Positions 1 to 9,502 of a stretch of DNA of 41,135 nt are shown one piece after another. Within the stretch, counting starts at the first letter, position 1; every line of letters begins with the position of its first letter. Source of the DNA: a virus. Lineage: Duplodnaviria; Caudoviricetes. The stretch spans positions 1 to 41,135 of the IMG/VR virus record IMGVR_UViG_3300015263_000352; one strand, given 5' to 3'. Under the pieces are notes generated by a model, which had not been told where the DNA came from, searched no databases, and saw only the letters and a program-made list of their open reading frames with translations. Position numbers and translations under genes: made by a program.

Positions 1-1504
1 ACACTCGCTTGAGTGCCATATCGTTGAGTATGCCCTGTATTTCATTGCCGGTAGCTTTGCGTCCTTTTTCGGTTTCGAAATCCTCCACCGCTTTGGCGCC
101 AGCTTCTTCGAATTTGATGAACATCGCCGCTTTGTCATCAGGCAGCTTGGCAAACGATTGATTTTCGTCAATGAGCCCGGTGCTGCGCATGGTATTGCTG
201 ACGCGCTGACGAAAAGACAGCGTTTTCGTTAAGCTGTTACTATCGGCTTTGTGTTTGTGTTGCGCCGTATCGCGAACTGACGCCCAAATGCTAATAGCTC
301 GATCCCAGTGCGAGTTATCAAAATACGGACGATACTGGCTGAGCATGTCAGATTCTGACATTTGACGTAAATCGTTCGCTGTTTTGTCAGAGAATTCCAG
401 CCATTTTTTATCGTTCAATACGGGCTCGACACCTTTCTGAACTTGGCGCGCGCGTGCTTCCAAAGCGTTGCGTTGATTCAAAGTCATGTCGGTCCATATC
501 TTTGGATTGATCTGACGCAAATCACCGCCATTGTTTTCAATCAGATCGGACGCCTTCATGTAGGTTTGGTCCTGGTACTCTTTTTGTGCGGCTTTCTGTT
601 CATTAAAATGGTCGTTGATCCGGTTGTGAACAGCATCACGCAGCTTTGGATCTTTAATCGCATCGGCATTTTTGAGGGCGGTCATTCGATCAGGCGTTGA
701 TTGCACAATCGCATCGGCTTGGCGTTGCGACTCACCGCGCAGGCTGCTTTCTTCCAGCGCTTTCTCAACTGAGATCGCATCCTGTCCGGAAATATCCGGC
801 TTATGGTCCGTGTAATATTGCTTGGCGCCAATATCTTCACCATTAGCCAACATGCGATTAAGTACACCCAGGTGCGTTTTGCTGGTCGCTTCCTGGATTT
901 GTGCTGCGGTCCATTCAGGAGGCATGCCGTTACGGTTAGCAAAATCTTTGTACACGGCTTGCTGGCGTGCGATCTCTAAACCAACTCGCTCCGGATCCTG
1001 GTAGTTGTTGATGGCGGATTCACGAAATGTGTCAATCGATGATTGTGTTTGTTGTTTGTCATAGTTCGTCATCTCAGACGACACATGGCGTTCAAGTGTG
1101 CGGTTGATGTCAGAGCGACGACCATCGGACGCACGACGAAAGGCAACACGTTGTTCCGGATTGCTTAACCCTTTCTCAATGTCCTGCACTTTTTGATCGT
1201 AGGCTTTGGATACCTGATCATTCAAGCCCAGTGCATTTTTACCGCGCACATTGAGCGCGCCGTTTTGTGGGTCGTATAATGTCTTGTTTTCAAAATCAGC
1301 CAGCTGACGTTCAGCATCCAGTACAACGAGTTGATCGTTCTTACGCTTTTCGCGTTGGTAGATTTCATCAGTAGCGCTGGCAACATGCTGCAGAGCTTCC
1401 CCTGGTGCGCCTGCGGCAGACAAACTAATCTGCGAACTGAAATGTGCATCCGGCAATGCAGCTGTTGTGACTTGAGGACCATCAACTGTAGGTACACGAG
1501 GCAT
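1..1504 (-). CDS. Internal virion / DNA ejection protein, N-terminal part (runs off the left edge; absent from the ORF track)
   Basis: ATG at 1504 reads MPRVPTVDGPQVTTAALPDAHFSSQ...ADFENKTLYDPQNGALNVRGKNALG. The same frame is open at position 2 (...GILNDMALKRV). Helical composition; follows the small ejection protein as in BPP-1-like podoviruses. Confidence 0.8.
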   Translation of the reverse strand, partial: MPRVPTVDGPQVTTAALPDAHFSSQISLSAAGAPGEALQHVASATDEIYQREKRKNDQLVVLDAERQLADFENKTLYDPQNGALNVRGKNALGLNDQVSKAYDQKVQDIEKGLSNPEQRVAFRRASDGRRSDINRTLERHVSSEMTNYDKQQTQSSIDTFRESAINNYQDPERVGLEIARQQAVYKDFANRNGMPPEWTAAQIQEATSKTHLGVLNRMLANGEDIGAKQYYTDHKPDISGQDAISVEKALEESSLRGESQRQADAIVQSTPDRMTALKNADAIKDPKLRDAVHNRINDHFNEQKAAQKEYQDQTYMKASDLIENNGGDLRQINPKIWTDMTLNQRNALEARARQVQKGVEPVLNDKKWLEFSDKTANDLRQMSESDMLSQYRPYFDNSHWDRAISIWASVRDTAQHKHKADSNSLTKTLSFRQRVSNTMRSTGLIDENQSFAKLPDDKAAMFIKFEEAGAKAVEDFETEKGRKATGNEIQGILNDMALKRV

Positions 1505-1519
1505 AGTATTAACCTTTCG

Positions 1520-1981
1520 TTACTTAAACGCTCTAGCGGCGTCAGCTCCACCACCAAGTATTGTCGATAAAACAGCGTTGTTGGCTTCGTATTGAGACGC
1601 CTTTCCTTGCGCTCTATAATTAGCCGCTTCAGTTCGATACCCCCAGGCTTCACGCGCCGCGTTGTTCCGCACAGTAAGCGCGTCCATTTCGCCGACCGTA
1701 TAAGTGTCAATCACGGTTTGTAAGGCGCTACCACTGCTCAGCTCAACACCTTGCGCCGCCAACGCCGCGCGCTGCGATCCTGCGGTGCGCTTTACTTTTT
1801 GCCTCAGGTTTTGTTCTTGTTCATTACCGCGCGCAATGGCATCCAAGGCTTTTTGGTCAGAAAATGCGGCATTCATGTCGTAGATTTTCTTGTTGTATTT
1901 GCCGGCCTGTTGTTTGCCGTAAGCACTCACACCGGTACCGACCAAATACAATGCGCCTGCAGTTACACCCATATCATCCAC
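1520..1981 (-). CDS. Small internal virion (ejection) protein, T7 gp14-like position
   Basis: Gly/Ala-rich hydrophobic N-terminus, Q/A-rich helix, AAQGVELSSGSAL motif; directly downstream of tail tubular B. Confidence 0.7.
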   Translation of the reverse strand: MDDMGVTAGALYLVGTGVSAYGKQQAGKYNKKIYDMNAAFSDQKALDAIARGNEQEQNLRQKVKRTAGSQRAALAAQGVELSSGSALQTVIDTYTVGEMDALTVRNNAAREAWGYRTEAANYRAQGKASQYEANNAVLSTILGGGADAARAFK

Positions 1982-4751
1982 CTATATCAATGTTTGGCAC
2001 CACGGTTAATATATTCAGTGGCAAAGGATCAGACTGCCTTACTAAAAAACGACCCTGCTCACCCCACGCGCCGGTTATTGGTAATTCGACCTTGCCTGTT
2101 TTCAGGCGAGTGGCTTCGCCCATTGCTTCATCAGTACGCTGCGGATATTCAAGCAAGTTGTTTTCGTCATAACCTGCGAATATGCCGCGAGAACTCTCTA
2201 CCATCAATGTGATGCCGTTAATTAATAGTTTTTTGTCGCTCAGTGTTTCCGAGTCAGGCGAATCGATGTCGAGTGTTTCGAAATCTGAATAATAACCTAG
2301 ACCGCCATGGATGATTGAGTAAGGACGATCAAGCGTCACTGATCCATTGACAACCGTGGCGTTGGGCAACACATTACCATCAGCCAAAAAGGTCAGTTCT
2401 TCACCTTCCAGGTGCCAGAAGTTTGTCAACGTATCCACTGCCCTTGACCAATCACTGATAGCGACCGATTGAAAAGCCGCTGGTACCGTTTTGTTAGAAT
2501 TGACTGACACGACGGTTGTTGATGTGTACGCGGTGATTGTGCAGGTTACAGAATCAGTTATGTTGCCGTCTTCGTCGAGTGTCTGCAATACAATGGCGTT
2601 GCCAACTTCCGTTGCACTGAAATAAGCTGAGCTCGCTGTTAATGTTAATGTCTCAGTATATTCCCACAACGTTCCGCCAGATAACGTCATTGTGAGCGTG
2701 TCATCCGTGTTGCGACCATCGTAAGACAAACCACAATCCACGAAATACGCATCAATGGTCACATCCGTAACACGACGCGTGTGGAATTGTTCGATATAAC
2801 GCCGTGTACTGCCGTTGATTGTTCTTTTAACAACAACATAGACGGCGTCTTCGTCGCCTTCCGGTACCGTTACAACGTTCTCAATAATGCCATCGGTTTC
2901 ATGGACACCAAAGCCCCATACTTCATGGTCCGGCACGTAGGTCAACGACAGGATTTTGCCATCATCACGCACACACCAGATTATCGAATGCGGCATCTCG
3001 GCATAGGCCATGTCAGTGATTTGGTAGCCTGTGAATAAATGATTGGCAAAGATCGATAAGTCTCGGCCGTCAAAGCCATCAGACTGCAATTTGTAGTTAA
3101 GGTCGCGCAGAATTGATCCGCGATTTTGAACATACACAATAGAGCTACCCACTTCCGCAGGCCTGACAGACGATGCGCCGTAATTGTTTTCTCGATCTGG
3201 ATTGATCTGCGCGGGTTTCAATATGCCGTCGACATCCCCTGCTATGGTGTACACGCCACTGGTTGTTAGTGCCAGTAATCGTTTGATGTTCACCATGTGC
3301 TGGATCTCGTTGATCTTGTTGCCGGCAATCGTGAATGTGATGGCGTCGTCGTCCTGTTGTGGACTGCTATAGGTAAAGTTTTGATAATTGGCGGAACGTG
3401 ATGTGAATACTGTTTCCGGCTCATTGTCGGTACTGGCATAAATTCGACGTTGTTGGTAATAGGTTACCGTCCGCGGATAGTCACCCGATGCACTGAAGGG
3501 ATTGCGTTCAATGGGCGGTTGAAAATCTGTATTTGGCGTGATGTTGGTATCACTAAAAGACGTGCTGCCGGCAATACCAATGTAACCGTAAACGCTATTG
3601 GTTTCTTTGTATACGTGGTATTCCAGGGCGTCGTCCACGGCGCTCCAACTCAATGTAATCGGTGCACTGGATGATGGCGTAGCCGCTGAATCTACTACGA
3701 TACTGGTGCGTTCGCACGTGCCGCCTGTGGTATACGCTGTATACGATGTACTGTCGATGCCAGACAATTCGAAAGTGTTAGCGGTCTTATTGGCTATGGT
3801 GTATCGCGCACCATTGAGTTCGGTCATACCCTCAACCAAATCGAGATAAACTTCGTCACCGTTTGAATAGCCATGCGATGTCACTGTCACAACACATGGA
3901 TTGGCTTGCGTGGCGCCTGACACAGATTTTGCCGTTTCAAAACCGGGCAGAGATTCTTCGAAAGTTTCTTCCTTGACAGCAGTCACTCTGTAGCGATATG
4001 TGCCAGTCCCTGCGCTACCCGGTGAGCCGCTGCCACTGTCAGGTTGCGGAATACTTGGCGTAAATGTTAACGCGCTGAGTGTCCAGCTGGTGTGACCGGT
4101 CCTGCTTAAATCACGCTGCAAATAGTTGGTATGTGTGATCGTAACAACATCACCGGATTGAGCGAAATCCAATTCCTGCAAATCCGCTTCCAAATAGGGC
4201 GTGCTGATCTCATACACTTTGTAACTGTTACCACCGGACGTGTAAGCTGTGTAGCCTGTGCCATCGAGATCGACGCCGTCCATGTCCTGCAATTCAAATG
4301 TGTTAGTGGTTGAGTTGTTAATTTTAAAGTTTCGTCCATTGAGCTCCGTCATTCCGTTAATATCAGCCAGGACGACCTCATCACCGTCCGTATATCCATG
4401 AGTGACCGCCGTAATCACAACCGGATTTGCCTGTGTCGCTGCGGAAATTACAACAGCTGATTCCGTTAGCTGTACGCCTTGACGATGAACACGCATATAC
4501 TGATCGCCAAACTCGAGTACATAGGTTTGGTCATCATTAAAAATGAAGGGTATTTCCCGAACTCGTTTGCTTGAGTCTTTGACCTCAGCAATGAATGTCG
4601 TGCCGGCTCGGTTGCTGACGCCGCCGTAACGCTGGACAAAAAAATTGTAAAGTGTTTTTAAGCCTGTCTGATACTTGGTTTGGTCTACCCGACCGTACAT
4701 GGCTGGTGCAATTTCACCACCGGCAAATGAGCGTTGAACAGCGCTAACCAT
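1974..4751 (-). CDS. Tail tubular protein B / nozzle (T7 gp12-like) with two inserted beta-rich repeat domains
   Basis: N-terminal QRSFAGGEIAPAMYGRVD, YVLEFGDQYMR, YPRTVTYYQQR and C-terminal QSDPLPLNIL motifs. Confidence 0.85.
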   Translation of the reverse strand: MVSAVQRSFAGGEIAPAMYGRVDQTKYQTGLKTLYNFFVQRYGGVSNRAGTTFIAEVKDSSKRVREIPFIFNDDQTYVLEFGDQYMRVHRQGVQLTESAVVISAATQANPVVITAVTHGYTDGDEVVLADINGMTELNGRNFKINNSTTNTFELQDMDGVDLDGTGYTAYTSGGNSYKVYEISTPYLEADLQELDFAQSGDVVTITHTNYLQRDLSRTGHTSWTLSALTFTPSIPQPDSGSGSPGSAGTGTYRYRVTAVKEETFEESLPGFETAKSVSGATQANPCVVTVTSHGYSNGDEVYLDLVEGMTELNGARYTIANKTANTFELSGIDSTSYTAYTTGGTCERTSIVVDSAATPSSSAPITLSWSAVDDALEYHVYKETNSVYGYIGIAGSTSFSDTNITPNTDFQPPIERNPFSASGDYPRTVTYYQQRRIYASTDNEPETVFTSRSANYQNFTYSSPQQDDDAITFTIAGNKINEIQHMVNIKRLLALTTSGVYTIAGDVDGILKPAQINPDRENNYGASSVRPAEVGSSIVYVQNRGSILRDLNYKLQSDGFDGRDLSIFANHLFTGYQITDMAYAEMPHSIIWCVRDDGKILSLTYVPDHEVWGFGVHETDGIIENVVTVPEGDEDAVYVVVKRTINGSTRRYIEQFHTRRVTDVTIDAYFVDCGLSYDGRNTDDTLTMTLSGGTLWEYTETLTLTASSAYFSATEVGNAIVLQTLDEDGNITDSVTCTITAYTSTTVVSVNSNKTVPAAFQSVAISDWSRAVDTLTNFWHLEGEELTFLADGNVLPNATVVNGSVTLDRPYSIIHGGLGYYSDFETLDIDSPDSETLSDKKLLINGITLMVESSRGIFAGYDENNLLEYPQRTDEAMGEATRLKTGKVELPITGAWGEQGRFLVRQSDPLPLNILTVVPNIDIGG

Positions 4752-4977
4752 TGTCGTTCCATCCTTCCAGGATTACGTCGTCAATGAAATCACAACCAGG
4801 AAACCGACACAATGCGCGCTCGACGTCACCTTTTAAGCCGACTTGTTCTTCTCGGATTAAGATTTGTTCGCCGCATTGTGGGCAATGGATGATAGCTTTG
4901 TAAGGTTGGTGCATGGTTTCGGGCAACATATACCATGTACCTGGTTTGAAATCTTGTGCGTTGCGAATGGTTTTCAT
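4744..4977 (-). CDS. Small putative zinc-finger protein
   Basis: CPQC and CRFPGC cysteine pairs; tightly packed between the tail tubular genes. Confidence 0.55.
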   Translation of the reverse strand: MKTIRNAQDFKPGTWYMLPETMHQPYKAIIHCPQCGEQILIREEQVGLKGDVERALCRFPGCDFIDDVILEGWNDNG

Positions 4978-4979
4978 GG

Positions 4980-5582
4980 TTAGCCCCTTTCGCTAATGAA
5001 TGACGCATCGGCTTCCTTGTCAGGCTGTAATTGATTCAAGGCATTGGCTTCGGCAACAGAAAGCGCGATGTAGTATTCTTTAAAGCATTCCTGCCGCAAT
5101 CCTTTTTTACGCGCTAATGGTTCGGCAATCTCAGCACCCAGTCGCCACGACAACGCATTGACAAATGCCGGCGTGAAACGTGTCGTGTCGGTTTGCTCTT
5201 TGGTGTAACGAATGACAGCATCTTCCTGATCGGTGTAAATCAACTTGTATGTTGAATCGTAACCAATCTGGAAGGGTGGCGGATCAGTCTCGACACGTGT
5301 TCCTGTGATAATTTGTCGCATCGCTACACAGTCATTTGGATATCGATAGCTGTAATCCCAATCGTCGTTGGGAGATTCTGCCACCAATTGCGCAGTTGCA
5401 TAAACAGACGCAAAACCCCAGTCAAAATCTTCTAGGACAGCCAACAACGATGGCGCATAAAACAATCGGCAGTTGATAGCGCCGGCACTGTTTTCGTTGT
5501 CAGGATCTTGTACGAATTGAGATTGACCGACACGAGCGATCGCCATATTGAAAATAGTTGCTTTACTTGTCTGAATACTCAT
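4980..5582 (-). CDS. Tail tubular protein A / adaptor (T7 gp11-like)
   Basis: IFNMAIARVG, DWGFA, YSYRYPNDC, FVNALSWRLGAEIAEPL motifs; synteny. Confidence 0.85.
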   Translation of the reverse strand: MSIQTSKATIFNMAIARVGQSQFVQDPDNENSAGAINCRLFYAPSLLAVLEDFDWGFASVYATAQLVAESPNDDWDYSYRYPNDCVAMRQIITGTRVETDPPPFQIGYDSTYKLIYTDQEDAVIRYTKEQTDTTRFTPAFVNALSWRLGAEIAEPLARKKGLRQECFKEYYIALSVAEANALNQLQPDKEADASFISERG

Positions 5583-5908
5583 TGATTAGTATCCGGATAC
5601 AACGTATTTGCTGCGTCATTTTTCTTAGACGGCTTTTCCAGTGCCATCTCAGTGATCTGTAGTTCGACGGATTTGCGATTGTTGTTGCCACTGGAATGGC
5701 TGGACACGGACGTTACTTCAACCGTGGCCATTAAATTCATCTTCTCGCCAACCGCTGGTAAGTTAGTGATACCCAACTTTGACAACGAGTCATCGTTTAA
5801 GTCGACCCGCAAACCCCATGGATAACGTGGCTTGTTATCCTCCTTCGTGATAACCGTATCGGCTTTGACTTCCTGTGCGGTCATTTTCATTGATGTCATA
5901 TTTGACAT
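5579..5908 (-). CDS. Capsid accessory (staple-like) protein
   Basis: YPWGLRVDLNDDSLSKLGI..LPAVG and VELQITEM motifs typical of this head-associated family. Confidence 0.6.
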   Translation of the reverse strand: MSNMTSMKMTAQEVKADTVITKEDNKPRYPWGLRVDLNDDSLSKLGITNLPAVGEKMNLMATVEVTSVSSHSSGNNNRKSVELQITEMALEKPSKKNDAANTLYPDTNQ

Positions 5909-5919
5909 TGATCAGCCCT

Positions 5920-5950
5920 CGAAAGAGTGGAGCGACTAAAAAGTCGCTCC
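5920..5950 (-). terminator. Probable intrinsic terminator after the capsid genes
   Basis: Perfect 9-bp stem GGAGCGACT-N4-AGTCGCTCC (5929-5950), followed on the minus strand by a weak U tract (ACTCTTT). Confidence 0.55.
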
Positions 5951-5961
5951 GAGGTTTATGG

Positions 5962-6279
5962 TTAAATGACGTCCTGATTGCCAGTCGATCCACCACCCCC
6001 ATCACTTGCCGACGCTTTGGCCGTTTTGTCTTCAGCTGCCTGGTTAGAAGAAATCTTCTTCATCCAGTTTTTACTAAAGGCGCGTGAATAGGGAATAGTG
6101 AACTTGTCGCCAGGTAGACGGATCTTGCCGAAATAACCTTTTTTGGTTGCTTCGACATTGATCGGTCCGTCGTTATACACGTTTGGCTTTTCTTCAGCCT
6201 TATTTTGCGTGTCAGCGGTATCAGCTTTTGCCGGTTGTTTGGCTGCGTCTGGCGCCGCTTGGTTGTTTCCTCTTGCCAT
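5962..6279 (-). CDS. Small head-associated protein
   Basis: Core VEATKKGYFGKIRLPGDKF..FSKNWMKK flanked by low-complexity arms; GGAG RBS; follows the cement gene. Confidence 0.6.
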   Translation of the reverse strand: MARGNNQAAPDAAKQPAKADTADTQNKAEEKPNVYNDGPINVEATKKGYFGKIRLPGDKFTIPYSRAFSKNWMKKISSNQAAEDKTAKASASDGGGGSTGNQDVI

Positions 6280-6335
6280 GGTTGTAAACTCCTATCGCAT
6301 GTTATTGGTGTAGAGTCGCTGCGCTACCTAACTAC

Positions 6336-6776
6336 TTAAGCGTTTGCCGCGTTAGGGTAAGCAGTCCACTTTTGAACGTCGTTGGTTAAGAACGCACTGA
6401 AGGCGCCAGCCGTCAACGGACCTGTTGCAACCGTGTAACGAACACCCAGGTAACGCTCATAATCACCCATCGGCAACGCCATGGCGATAACCATATAGCC
6501 GGCAACCAGTGTTGCTTTGCCAATGGCTGAACTGGTCCAATGTACCGTTGCTGAAGTCGCCAAGTCAGCAGTGCTGTCAGATTCCAGCGAGAACGTGACT
6601 GTCGCAGCGCCGGCCGCCGTAGCCGCTGTGTCAACCTGGATTACCAGGAACAGCGGAATACCTTGTCCAATATCACGCAGCGTTGGTGTTGAGCCAAGAT
6701 CAAGCACGTTGGTCGAAATCGCTGTTGCCGTGACCGCTTGGCTATCAGAGAACTCATTTTCGTAGTCAAGAAACAT
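6336..6776 (-). CDS. Capsid cement protein (Bbp16 family)
   Basis: FSDSQAVTATAISTNVLDL, RYLGVRYTVATGPLTAGAFSAFL; directly after the MCP. Confidence 0.85.
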   Translation of the reverse strand: MFLDYENEFSDSQAVTATAISTNVLDLGSTPTLRDIGQGIPLFLVIQVDTAATAAGAATVTFSLESDSTADLATSATVHWTSSAIGKATLVAGYMVIAMALPMGDYERYLGVRYTVATGPLTAGAFSAFLTNDVQKWTAYPNAANA

Positions 6777-6833
6777 GTTTTATTTCCTCCTAAAGTCGTT
6801 TAACAATACCGTCAATCAGTTGCCAACCAGCTC

Positions 6834-7823
6834 TTACGAGATAGTGGCTTCCGTGACCAAAATGGAATCGCTACGACGAACAGGAATGCCGTCGAACGTC
6901 ACCACTTTCTTGCCGGCGACTTGTTCCATGTTGATAAGTACGTTGTTTGAGTTCTTGATCTGACGACGCAAGAACGACCGAACGGTTTTGTTGCAGTAAA
7001 ACACCGCACGACCCATACCCAAGTTTGGAATTAATTCGATGGCTTGCGTCATCAAATCAACCAGGTCAGATCCGCTCGACGCATCCTTGGTTAAGTTGCT
7101 CACATCGATATTGGCAATGCGAACCACATAACGCCAGTCGCGCAGGGTCAAACCCATATCCCACTTGTAGTGCGTGCGATAGCCTTGGTATTTTCCGCCG
7201 TTTGCATCTTCGAGCGTTCTTTCGCCAAGGTCGCGGTGTTGCAGGCCTGCTTTACTGCCTTTCGGGTAAAACATGTGACAGGTATTTGGACCCCAAACGA
7301 TCAACCACACGCTGGTGTTGTCAGATCCTGAGCCGTCACCGAGAATGATGTTGTCGCCATTCTCTGCAGTGGTGTCATCGAAGCGAGGCGCCAGACCCAT
7401 GAACTTTTCAGGATCAGTGTCAGTGTCACCGTAGAACAAGGTGTCTGCCGCTTCCTGGTTCATGGATTCAATGAAGGCACGATCTTCCGACAAGCGGAAT
7501 GCGCTGGTGTTGCCATTCAAATCAGCCAGCGCCTTATCCACTTCGGCGTAAGCTTCCAGCATACCAGCGGCATCAGTGACAGGCACTGTGCGTGATTTGC
7601 TAGGTTGTACACCGTAGTTAAGTTTGCGCCATGTTGCTGTTGGCAGACCACTGCGCACCGTGGTGCGGTGACCTGTTGGCAAGTTGCCTTCGATGAACGT
7701 CGCGTCGTCCAAAATTTCGTTTGTTTCATTCAACAACTCGACAATCGTGTCAATCTTGCCATTTGGATCCAGGCGTTTCGACACGTCCGCAAGTGTTGGA
7801 TTGCCGTCGTTTAATGTTGGCAT
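6834..7823 (-). CDS. Major capsid protein (BPP-1 Bbp17-like)
   Basis: EGNLPTGHRTTVRSGLP, LRDWRYVVRIANID, FDGIPVRRSD. Confidence 0.93.
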   Translation of the reverse strand: MPTLNDGNPTLADVSKRLDPNGKIDTIVELLNETNEILDDATFIEGNLPTGHRTTVRSGLPTATWRKLNYGVQPSKSRTVPVTDAAGMLEAYAEVDKALADLNGNTSAFRLSEDRAFIESMNQEAADTLFYGDTDTDPEKFMGLAPRFDDTTAENGDNIILGDGSGSDNTSVWLIVWGPNTCHMFYPKGSKAGLQHRDLGERTLEDANGGKYQGYRTHYKWDMGLTLRDWRYVVRIANIDVSNLTKDASSGSDLVDLMTQAIELIPNLGMGRAVFYCNKTVRSFLRRQIKNSNNVLINMEQVAGKKVVTFDGIPVRRSDSILVTEATIS

Positions 7824-7834
7824 AGCTAATTACC

Positions 7835-8530
7835 TCACGTTTGGTTTTGGTTCGGATACAAGATATCTGCTTTGTCCCTTTGCCCCTGACCTTCACCTTG
7901 GCCAGTGTGGAAAGTGTCTTCAGACATCGCCTTAGCGACGTTCTGTAACAGCTTCACCAGTGGCGGGAAATTCCCGTAACCGGTAGCGTTAAGAACGTCT
8001 TTTAGTTCCTGGGATCCAAACCGATCCATGACGTTTTGCACAGCGGCACTGTTAGCGTCAAAGCTATCGCCCCCGAACTTTTCGTCATTTTTCAGCTCTG
8101 TTTCCCAGTCTTGCACCCGCTGCGTCCATTCCGACTGTATCCCGCTGAGGTATTCGCCAACGATGTTGTTGTTGTGTTCCAGCAGCTTTTGCGCATGCTC
8201 CGGAGATAGATTCATCTCTTTAGCAAGTTCGGCTGTTTTGCCGACAACCGCATCACCAAGAACACTTTTTTCCGGCAACTTCAATTCATATTTGACGTCA
8301 CCACCATCACCGCCGTCTTTCGTTTGGCCACCATCCGCACTGGCACTATCACCAGATTGACCATCCGGCTGGCCTCCTGAATTGCCATCGGTATTAGAAC
8401 TCGCAGCGTTACTGCTTTGCTGGCCATCGGCGGCGCCTGTGTTATTGTTGCCGTCAGTGTTTGCATTACCAGCATTGCCTTGCTGACCTTCACCCGCATT
8501 GGTGTCATTCGTAGCGGTATCTTTAGCCAT
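7835..8530 (-). CDS. Capsid scaffolding protein
   Basis: Low-complexity N-terminus, YELKLPE, LNATGYGNFP, C-terminal ADILYP; immediately upstream of the MCP. Confidence 0.8.
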   Translation of the reverse strand: MAKDTATNDTNAGEGQQGNAGNANTDGNNNTGAADGQQSSNAASSNTDGNSGGQPDGQSGDSASADGGQTKDGGDGGDVKYELKLPEKSVLGDAVVGKTAELAKEMNLSPEHAQKLLEHNNNIVGEYLSGIQSEWTQRVQDWETELKNDEKFGGDSFDANSAAVQNVMDRFGSQELKDVLNATGYGNFPPLVKLLQNVAKAMSEDTFHTGQGEGQGQRDKADILYPNQNQT

Positions 8531-8855
8531 GTTGATTCTCCTTTGCCTCTTTCATCATTGTGATTAACTGTTCCGGGCACGCTTCATTGATGTCTGTCAT
8601 GATCGACAATCCAATGTTGCGCATCCCTTCATTGAAAAATGTGTGACTATTGCCGGTAAAGCTGGTTTTGTAGATGCCGCTGAACTCCAAAAGCCGCCAA
8701 ACAAACCGACGACCAAATGCTGAATTCAATACATTGCGCACATCGTTAAGTTCCTGCTCACGTCGGTTTTTTTCGTCACGCACCGCGCCGCGCACCTGCT
8801 TGTCGTCCGCAGCGTTTTTAACTGTTGGCTCTTTTTGATAGTTTGTTTGTGCCAT
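8523..8855 (-). CDS. Bbp19-like head-module protein
   Basis: GRRFVWRLLEFSG...TFFNEGMRNIG motif; start reassigned to ATG 8855 (TAATG overlap with the upstream stop). Confidence 0.75.
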   Translation of the reverse strand: MAQTNYQKEPTVKNAADDKQVRGAVRDEKNRREQELNDVRNVLNSAFGRRFVWRLLEFSGIYKTSFTGNSHTFFNEGMRNIGLSIMTDINEACPEQLITMMKEAKENQHG

Positions 8856-9502
8856 TAACTCACCATTTGAATTCGAGCTTGGTTGTCTTTGTCCCACTGC
8901 ATGGCGTCCATAATCGAAAAGTGATAATCGCCAATGTTTGCAATGTTCTTTGATAAATCGATATCCATGAGGATGTCGTAACCCATCATCACAGCTCGAT
9001 CGCTGAAGTTTTCTGCGTCCGAAATCCATTGATATTTGTCGTCAAGATTCACCTTGAACCAAGGCATTGGCATACGCACAAATACTTCACGTTTAACCAA
9101 CAGGAATCCAAGGCCTAGGCGTTTCACTTTGATGACGCCGGCCTGATCCTTCGCGAGCTGGATAGGTCGATTGCCTTTGTCAGAGGCATTGATAACAATC
9201 GGTGTGGTGTTTCGAACTACACCTGCACCAATGATGTCTTTGTCCTGGTTCACTAAATGGTGAACGCTGTCTGGCGGAAACGTTAAGCTCGTATCCAAGA
9301 ACAACACAAAATCAACATTGAGCTTGTCAATGGCAATCTTGGCGCCTTGATTACGTGCTACATGTGCGTGCTCACCATTGACAACCAATGGTTGAACGAC
9401 ATAACCACGCAGCGACATATCCACCATCATGCGCGTTAAACAAATAGCGAAATCCGGATGATAATTTGCTGTTGTGTATATTACGATTGCGACTTTCTTC
9501 AT
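8855..9502 (-). CDS. GT-A fold (family 2-like) glycosyltransferase homolog with degenerate catalytic motifs
   Basis: VARNQGA, DFVLFLDTSLTFPPD, DKDIIG, GLGFLLVKREVF, PWF motifs. Confidence 0.7.
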   Translation of the reverse strand: MKKVAIVIYTTANYHPDFAICLTRMMVDMSLRGYVVQPLVVNGEHAHVARNQGAKIAIDKLNVDFVLFLDTSLTFPPDSVHHLVNQDKDIIGAGVVRNTTPIVINASDKGNRPIQLAKDQAGVIKVKRLGLGFLLVKREVFVRMPMPWFKVNLDDKYQWISDAENFSDRAVMMGYDILMDIDLSKNIANIGDYHFSIMDAMQWDKDNQARIQMVS

